Below, piece by piece: positions 39,199 to 64,000 of a stretch of 64,000 nucleotides of DNA (its first letter is position 1; each line of letters starts with the position of its first letter). The position numbers and the translations under genes were made by a program. The stretch spans positions 1,024,001 to 1,088,000 of the forward strand of contig CBDBCZ010000017.1 of NCBI GenBank assembly GCA_965203295.1, read 5' to 3'. The stretch is from Nitrospirales bacterium (GTDB taxonomy: Bacteria; Nitrospirota; Nitrospiria; Nitrospirales; UBA8639). Below the pieces are notes generated by a model. It saw nothing but the letters and a program-made list of their open reading frames with translations, had not been told where the DNA came from and did not search any database.

Positions 39199-40998
39199 TT
39201 ATGCACACAACACAAATTTTGCCTCATGCTTCTCATTGGGAGCCTTCATGCATCGCCCTGACAGGTACGTAGCTACCACCTGGATGTCTTCAAGCTGGTT
39301 GGGATCAACCGTCTTGGGATTGTTCGACAAGATCAGCAAATCGGCAATCTTGCCCACTTCCAAGCTCCCAAGCTTGTGGTCCAGTTTCAGCTGCCACGCT
39401 GCATTGATCGTGTAGGCCTTGATGGCATCGTCGATGGAGACACAAAAATCTGGGCCGAGCGGCTCACTGTCTTTCTCTTTCGGTTTCCTGGTGACGGCAG
39501 TTTTGATGCAGCGAAGAGGGGACACGGGAGAGCATGGAGTGTCCTGGTGTAGTGTCCAGCGAATGCCGTGCTTTGTAGCCAGGGCCACGGGTGTGAAGCG
39601 TGTCGCACGTTCCTCTCCCAGTATCTCATCACGCAACACCGTGCCATAGTAGTAGATGTGATCAGAGTAGAAGGTTGCGGTGACTCCTAGTTCGGCTGCA
39701 CGACCAAGCTGGTCATCGGTGACCAAACCAAGATGCTCCATTCGGTAGCGATGGTCGTCCGGACAGGAAGTCCTGAGGACTTTGTCGTACGCTTCCAGGG
39801 CTTGATCGATGGCCCTCTCACCGTGTGAGTGAATGGCGATCAGCCAGCTCCCATCTTTGTGAAACGGCTCAATAGCTGCAGCCAGGTCGTCTGCGTTCTT
39901 CCAAACAAGTGCTCCGCAGGGGTGTTCTTCTCGAGGGAAGCCGAGTCTCCGAGTCAACTCGTTGTCCAGATACGGTTCCTTGACGGCCATAGTTCCGGCA
40001 TACGGCGACCCATCTGCAAAGAACTTTATTCCGGCATACCAGAGCTTCGGATTACGATACCCGGGAGCTGGCTTCTCCTTGGAGTCATGGAGAACGTAAA
40101 GACCGAGGCGTACGGGACACTCCTCCTTGGTGGTGACTGTCTGCAGAAGCTCGTTGATCCCGGGAACCATAGCCTGAGCCATCTCTGTTACAGTCGTGAA
40201 TCCCTGGCTGGAGTACGTCTTGAGAGATTTGAGAAGCGCTTCGCAGGTCTCCTGCGGGGTGGGAACAGGCTCGACTTTGGAAATGATGGCCAAGATTCCC
40301 GGTGCCTCCCTCACGAGGCCAGTCAGGCGACCCTTCGAGTCGTGGTCAAAGAAACCGCCGGGAGGGTTGGGTGTGCTGTCGTCGACACCTGCCGCTTCGA
40401 ACGCCTTGTGATTCACCCAGGCGCAGTGTCCGTTCTGAGCCACGACTACCACCGGATAATCGGTCGTATATTCATCAAGTTTGTCGGCACTCAACAGAGG
40501 TAGGTCACGAACAAGGATAGGGTCCCAGCCCCAGAAGAGGAGCCACGGGGTTTCCGGAACAGCCTCCGCCAAAACTTCGTCCATGACCTTCTTCACGTCC
40601 GCATACGAGTGGCAGGTGGATCCGGTCACGTCGTGATACCTCTCGGAGGTGGTGTCGGCGTTGATGATGGCGTGAGAGTGCGGCTCGATGAAGCCGGGTA
40701 GCAGCGTCTGGTCGTTCTGGAGAAAAACCACCTCGGTGTTTGGGCCGAGCAGCTTAAAGACGTCGCTCGCTTTCCCCACGGCGCTGATCCTCCCGCCCTG
40801 AACGGCGAGCGCTTCGGGCGTGGGATTCGACTCGTCGATGGTCAAGATCGTTCCTCCGAGAAAGATGAGGTCCGCGCCGTCATTGCCGTCGCTCTCCGCT
40901 TCTAGAAGGCTGTCGTCAGGAACTTGCTCCAACTGCAGCTCTTGATCTGAGCCGCCAGCCGCAGACTCGGACTTCTTCCGTGCCAGCTGCTGTCCCAT
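39199..40998 (-). CDS. Intronless amidohydrolase family 3 (YtcJ/LAF3-like) metal-dependent hydrolase, 599 aa
   Basis: Long uninterrupted ORF with first ATG at 40998 (MGQQLARKK). Motifs LLPGFIEPHSH (HxH), GIKFFADGS, IAIHSHGERA, YRMEH, HQDTP, AIKAYTINAAWQL and GSLEVGKIADLLIL are typical of YtcJ-like Amidohydro_3 proteins. Confidence 0.92.
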   Translation of the reverse strand: MGQQLARKKSESAAGGSDQELQLEQVPDDSLLEAESDGNDGADLIFLGGTILTIDESNPTPEALAVQGGRISAVGKASDVFKLLGPNTEVVFLQNDQTLLPGFIEPHSHAIINADTTSERYHDVTGSTCHSYADVKKVMDEVLAEAVPETPWLLFWGWDPILVRDLPLLSADKLDEYTTDYPVVVVAQNGHCAWVNHKAFEAAGVDDSTPNPPGGFFDHDSKGRLTGLVREAPGILAIISKVEPVPTPQETCEALLKSLKTYSSQGFTTVTEMAQAMVPGINELLQTVTTKEECPVRLGLYVLHDSKEKPAPGYRNPKLWYAGIKFFADGSPYAGTMAVKEPYLDNELTRRLGFPREEHPCGALVWKNADDLAAAIEPFHKDGSWLIAIHSHGERAIDQALEAYDKVLRTSCPDDHRYRMEHLGLVTDDQLGRAAELGVTATFYSDHIYYYGTVLRDEILGEERATRFTPVALATKHGIRWTLHQDTPCSPVSPLRCIKTAVTRKPKEKDSEPLGPDFCVSIDDAIKAYTINAAWQLKLDHKLGSLEVGKIADLLILSNNPKTVDPNQLEDIQVVATYLSGRCMKAPNEKHEAKFVLCA

Positions 40999-41112
40999 GT
41001 TCTCCGAGCTCTCTCTTACCTCCCTTCCCACGAAACCGAAGAATCATGTGATTAGCGTTAACCTAGCCCCTCCCACTTCGGCCTGCGCGCAAGTCTCAAC
41101 CATGTACCAGCC

Positions 41113-41214
41113 TAGCCTCGAACCCAGGCCTTCCACGCAGATTTTTTCGCAGCCGTGGCAAAAATCGCGCACGGCTGCGAAAAAATCTGCGTGGAAGGCC
41201 TGGGTTCGAGGCTA
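41113..41214. mobile_element. Short palindromic MITE (TAGCCTCG..CCCAGGC family)
   Basis: Near-perfect palindrome. Family members at about 6000-6135, 20307-20375, 23270-23364, 30696-30773, 32734-32769 and 61971-62067. Confidence 0.75.
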
Positions 41215-42094
41215 GTACCAGCCCACTTTATTTCCGCAGCGCCGATCGCTAATTAGTATCGTGCCGATACTGAAAGCGATCGGCGCTGAGGATCAAAGTG
41301 GGCTGGCTCGCGAGACTACGGATCCCGCACGACATAGCGACGTCATGCGATATGCAGTCGACTTTGTACATGAAGCCAATTTAATTAACTTCAAGTTGCT
41401 TGGGGATAACAAGAGTGCATATTAAAGGTTCCCCGTCCATGCCCATGGGAATATGTACATGTGACTGATAAACCATACTTACAGTGCAGGGTTTGATGCA
41501 CTACCAAATTAGAAGCTTCATGAAGTCTCTAATACCTTCGGTTTGCTGATGTAAACTGCTATCATGGCTGTACATGTATATGTATTAAATCGCTTGAAGT
41601 GCATATGCATATGCGCGCGCGTACCAGCACGTGAGTCAGTCTGGGACTGATACACTGGTTCCAGGCACCAGTCTGGGACTGGGACAATATGGGTCTGGAG
41701 GCTGGACTCCCAACCCAAAAACTGCATGCAGACATCAGTGCTCGATATACCAATGCACAATCACACACTAATAACAATACAGTCAGCTGTGATAAGACAA
41801 TACTATTTATACAAACTCTGTTGTACAAAGACATGTAGATATTTGCGTAGTAGTAAGTGCATACTGTTTCAATAGTGAGAGCAGGCCAATGTGCTATAAA
41901 GTGATGATATGCAAAGCTCGAATCAAAAACAGGGACTACTTGGTGTGAAGAGTGGATTCGTTCAATAATAATAATAATCAAATAGTTAAATTTTCTTTAC
42001 TTTTTCGGGCGTTATTACTAATCACAAAGTAATGGATGGGGCTTGAGATGAAAGGGGGACCAGGAAGTGAATTCTAGCTGCTAGACACTCGGCA

Positions 42095-59240
<17,146 letters not shown>

Positions 59241-60550
59241 TTCGCAATTATGCAGCTTGTGATCTGCCACCAGCACTGCAATGCACTAACAGTGAAAGAA
59301 CAGCTGTTAGCAAGAGCACCCCACAAGCGCCGACAGCAGCTACTGTTACCAATATCGGCAGTGGAATGATGAGAATCTGCCAAATAAGCAATCAACATCA
59401 GGTCCCTTCCTGTTTTTGAAGCTGTGAATACAGCTAGCTGTTGCCATGGTGAATAAGGCCTCATGAATATCATCTTGGCTCTCCCCCACCCCCCACCCCC
59501 CACCATCAAAGCACACAGGGCATGAATATTGTTGCATATCAAAACAAAAGGAGACAATTTTTTTCTTTGTAGTTACTGGTCTTAAGTCTCCTTTAGGCCT
59601 GAGGAAATTATTCCAGTAATAAAAGAATAATTGGTAGCTCAAAGAATAAAGGAGTGTATTCTGTAACCACAATAACCGTAGATCACCTCAAGTATAGTAT
59701 GGAGCCTTCAAGATTGGCGAGAAAAAACGTGGCCTACCAAACTCGCAAGTGAACACTTGCCTTCGCTATAGGACCCGTACAGAAGACTGGGAAGCGCTCA
59801 ATATTACTTCTTCAGCCTGTGGTTTTACAGGCGCATTATTGCACGTAGTCATTTTGTGTAGTGGGTGGGTATTGTAGGCGTGCCCTGTTCCGTTGACCTT
59901 TTTCTTCATGCTAGGCGTGCCACAAATAAAATGTGCCACACCCAGCAATTCTCGTGAAGTGAGGACATCCCTGCACATTGTGTATCACTAGTTAGTTATA
60001 CAATCTACCAATGAGCCCAGTCAGCTCACGCCACATTCATGACTTTATACAATCAACCACGAGCCCTGTCAGCTCACGCCACATTCATGACTTGTTGCTA
60101 CAAATTGCTACAAGTGTCATGCATGACCACACACTTTGGACAGCTACACACTGTATCCTGACATCAAAGAGACCTACCCTAGCTGACCAGACTCTTTCCA
60201 CTTTTGAAATGGTACACGTGTATGTGGTGGTTGTACGTGGTGGTTGTACGTGGTGGTGTGTAAGTGATCATCACTTACACACCACCACGTACACGTGTAC
60301 CTTTTCACTACCTTGTGTACCTTTGTACTACCTTTTTACTACACACTCTGTACTATTTTTGCAAGCTTGCAGAATAGTACCCACTGTAGTAATTGTGAGG
60401 GAGTGATCAGATGGGCTTTGAAGTCCAGGGGAGGGGGAAGAGGGGGAGGATCTTTTTGAGTCAAAGGTTGAAAAGGTTGCCACTACATACTGTCCTTCCC
60501 ATGGAAATATTACCTAGTCACATTGTCCTATGTATGTAGCGCAAGCCAGC

Positions 60551-60711
60551 TACAGCGGGACCCCTCTAATGTGGACACCTTGGGGACCTGGTGTAGTGTC
60601 CTGTATAGAGAGGTATCCTCATTTCAGGGGTAAATTTACGACATAGCAAAGTGTCCATAATACAGAGGTGTCCTTATTTCAGGGGTGTCCTTTAAGAGGG
60701 GTTCCACTGTA
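60551..60711. mobile_element. Tigger-like MITE family (CAGTGGAACCCCTC ... GAGGGGTTCCACTG)
   Basis: TA-flanked TIRs with internal AGGACAC/GTGTCC motifs. Many partial copies at about 4805-4945, 19550-19712, 22214-22440, 30383-30552, 36479-36601, 45726-46010, 50910-51190 and 53787-53953. Confidence 0.65.
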
Positions 60712-62285
60712 GTACTGAATCTCATAGCTGACATTCTTAGAAAAGTTTGTGAACTTGTTGATCAAGACTAGGACTATGTGAAACAATAACAGTGGCCCAC
60801 TTGTCACATGACAGCACTTGCTTTCTTGGAACCATCTGCTGCTAATGACAACGCAAGGCTTCCCCAGAAAGGAAGCACCATTTGATCTCAGCCCTTCAAG
60901 GTGCTCTAATTAATTGTGTGGGAGTAGGCAGGTAATGTATGTAGCTCAATCATGGCAGTGTGCTTCTCACATGCAAAGGAGGGGTTACTACTAGCCAGCA
61001 TGCATGTGTAAGTATAGGTTAGATCCCGACAAAGAGGGATCTAACCGACATGAACAACTGGTGTCTTGGCGATTGAATTTTGACCACCACTCACCCTGGT
61101 TAAAGCACAGAAGCGATAATACTCCTATTAACGGCGGCGCTTGTATCACTCCTTGACACTGTGGCTAGAAAGTGCAGACTAGAATATGAGATTACCCTGA
61201 GCCCAGTTAGAGCAGTGTTTTGCCTGTGGAGACCATTATTTTAGCAGGAAAGATGACGTGGATAAATCTGATTAAAGTTACCAAAAAAGGAATTTATTAC
61301 CATAAAGCAGCTGTTACTACGTTATATTCACAGAGGTTTGCAAGTTGGCTGTCTACAGGAGAAGTATAGGTTATACCACGAGGTGGAGGTGTATAAGCGA
61401 TTTATTTACCGAGGGCCGAAGGCCCGAGGGGAATAAATCACTTATACACCGACCACGAGTTGTATAACTGGCTTCTACCATGCTATACCCGGCGGTTATA
61501 TTTACGCGTATTTATATGGCAACGCGGCGCTGAAGGGTATTAAAACAAGGTGAATAAGTGAGTAAGTTAGACACCTATTACGAGGTGAATAAGTGATTTT
61601 GAAACCTCAAATCTAGCTACCTGATTGGTCAGAGTACTACAAGCGTGGTAGAAGGCAAATAGGCAGTGGCTCTTTAGTACTCAAGCACTTAATTAGGTTA
61701 GGTTGTCAGAATCAAAGGCTAACAGTTTACACAGTCAACTTCATTTGCCTATTGCACTGGACAACTGTCAACCAACCTGCAAACCTCTGTATCACCAGAA
61801 AAAAACCGATCCATAAAGCTGTTTCTATATTCATGATGGCCACCCAGAAGGGGAGGTTTAAAAATACCACTTCATCTCTCCACCAGCCAACTGCAGACAT
61901 TCATTGGCAACTTCAGTTCCAAAAACGATTACAGCCAACACTGGTCCCATACACACCCAAACTGGGTACTTAGGCTCGTTCCCAGGCTCTACTTCCCAGC
62001 TTTTTTTTTCCGCTTATTTTACCACATGCGAAAAAAAGCTGGGAAGTAGAGCCTGGGAACGAGGCTAAGGCTAGCCCAAGCCCACTTCCATTTCCTCTGA
62101 AAAACATCCTCTGAATGAATGAATGGTTCCAAAACATGTCACAAAGTCAACACCTGGTCAAGGAAGCTAGCTAGCTGTTGAGTCAACAGATTCTGAACAG
62201 CTCAGAGCGTATTCTCCTGGGAGGGTCTTCCTTCTCTAGTATACGCGCACGCGCACGCGGGCGCACACACACACACACATACATG

Positions 62286-62321
<36 letters not shown>

Positions 62322-62359
62322 CACGCACACACATGCACGCACGCATGCGCATACACACC

Positions 62360-62408
<49 letters not shown>

Positions 62409-62430
62409 ACGCACACGCACACGCACACGC

Positions 62431-62547
<117 letters not shown>

Positions 62548-63120
62548 CTTACAATCATCTTTAAAACTAAGAGCCCATGATCTAGCATTTCCAAGAAATC
62601 TTGAACAGCTACAAGGGAGCACCATCCAGTGATTAGTGAGTCCACTCTCTTGTGGTTCAAGCCAGAGCTAGGCATGCGGCGATTATGCTGGCATAATTTT
62701 AGGAATAATAGGCCTCACGCGGCATCCGGAATAATGCGGGAATAATCGGAGTGCATACGGGAATAAATTAATTATGCCACGTGTTTCAACTTTGAACATG
62801 TTGGTCGACGGTGAATCAGTGCAGTCGAGCACTACGAGCAGTACTGATCGCGACTCGATTTCGAGTAGCGAACCACTAAGCTATAGTTCAGGTACTTCTA
62901 TTCTAGAAAGATTGAGAGTCCCACCCTGTGTGTGCTCAACTGTGTTGTAAGGGTGTTGATAATGTGACTCTTGTCTGTAAACTGACTGGCCCTAAAGTTG
63001 AAATATTCTGGAGAATAATAGGGGTGATGGAAAGAATAATAGGAGAAATTTTTGAGAAGTGCAGAATAGAATAATAGGAAAATTTTGGAGCATAATAGCC
63101 TCAAACCAGGCCAGAGCACC

Positions 63121-63860
63121 TTACTTTGATGTCTTCCCACCAAGCCAGTTACAGTAGGTCCCCTGTGGTAGTGAAGGGTTACCCCCTGTTGGAGAGCTTC
63201 AACCCACCCTCTGGTCTCCCAGCCTTGTGCAGCTCCTAACACCACAGAGTTATCCTGTTACTTTGATGTCTCCCCACCAAGCCAGTTACAGTAGGTCCCC
63301 TGTGGTAGTGAAGGGTTACCCCCTGTTGGAGAGCTTCAACCCACCCTCTGGTCTCCCAGCCTTGTGCAGCTCCTAACACCACAGAGTTATCCTGTTACTT
63401 TGATGTCTCCCCACCAAGCCAGTTGCAGTAGGTCCCTGTGGTCTCCAAAATGGAGGGCTGCCCCCTCTGACCCACTGTTGGAGTGCTTCAACCCACCACT
63501 ATAGCCCTCTGGTCTCCCAGCCTTGTGCAGCTCCTAGCCCCACAGAGTTATCGTGTTACTTTGATCAGTTTAATGCCTCCCCACCAAGCCAGTTACAGTA
63601 GGTCCCTGTGGTCTCCATAATGCCCTCTGACCTACTATTGGAGTGCTTCAATCCACCACCATACCCCTCTGGTTTTCCAGCCTTGTGCAGCTCCTATCAC
63701 AGCAGGGTTATCAGGTTACTTTGATCAGTTTAATGTCTCCCCACCAAGCCAGTTGAGGTCTCCATAGTGAAGGGCTATCCCCTGTTGGAGTGCTTCAACC
63801 CACCACCATAAACCCTCTGGTTTTCCAGCCTTGTGCTGCTCCTAACACCACAGAGTTATT
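63121..63860. repeat. Tandem repeat of about 137-165 bp
   Basis: About 5 copies of TTACTTTGAT...CCCACCAAGCCAGTT...CTTCAACCCACC...CCAGCCTTGTGCAGCTCCTA. Confidence 0.9.
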
Positions 63861-64000
63861 GGGTTACTCGCAGGGCCATGGCTACACCACAAGTGTGACT
63901 CATGCTCTCAAGATTGTGCCTCAGACTGGGGAGTGTGTGTATGATATGCACACGAGGCTGCTTTGCTCACAGATAAAGAGTAAGAAGTAAAAAAAAAAGG

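Noticed and set aside
39829..40503. 224-aa plus-strand ORF
   Set aside because: Antisense shadow of the amidohydrolase CDS with no recognisable motifs.
40999..41031. Non-ATG upstream extension of the amidohydrolase ORF given in the track
   Set aside because: In a eukaryotic context the first ATG is at 40998.

Overview
Eukaryotic, intron-rich, repeat-dense animal genomic DNA. It is most likely a demosponge, inferred from repeat style and gene content and not proven. Exons were spliced by hand with phase checks, giving five protein genes. (1) SPC24-like kinetochore gene on + (2319-7012, 6 exons) with two minor-spliceosome (U12) introns, one AT-AC and one GT-AG. (2) Intronless secreted, probably GPI-anchored Cys-rich protein on - (8040-8720). 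(3) A 19-exon gene on - (10618-37749, about 715 aa) with an unusual architecture: IQGAP-type CH domain, IQGAP-repeat-like segments, two SH2 domains and a C-terminal SAM. (4) Intronless bacterial-type YtcJ/Amidohydro_3 amidohydrolase on - (39199-40998). (5) NELL1/2-like gene on - (42095-59240) that appears to lack several internal exons, the gap being bridged by a 43-nt in-frame intron remnant. Introns and intergenic DNA hold an orphan PIKfyve/Fab1 exon, a Penelope-type minimal hammerhead motif within an inverted repeat, tRNA-Thr(AGT)-containing dispersed repeats (one split by a TTAA MITE), many MITE and HINE-like elements, minisatellites, interstitial TTAGGG repeats and a (GGAAT)n tract. Most ORFs in the supplied track are microsatellite or antisense artefacts. 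All homology calls come from motif recognition only, without database searches.
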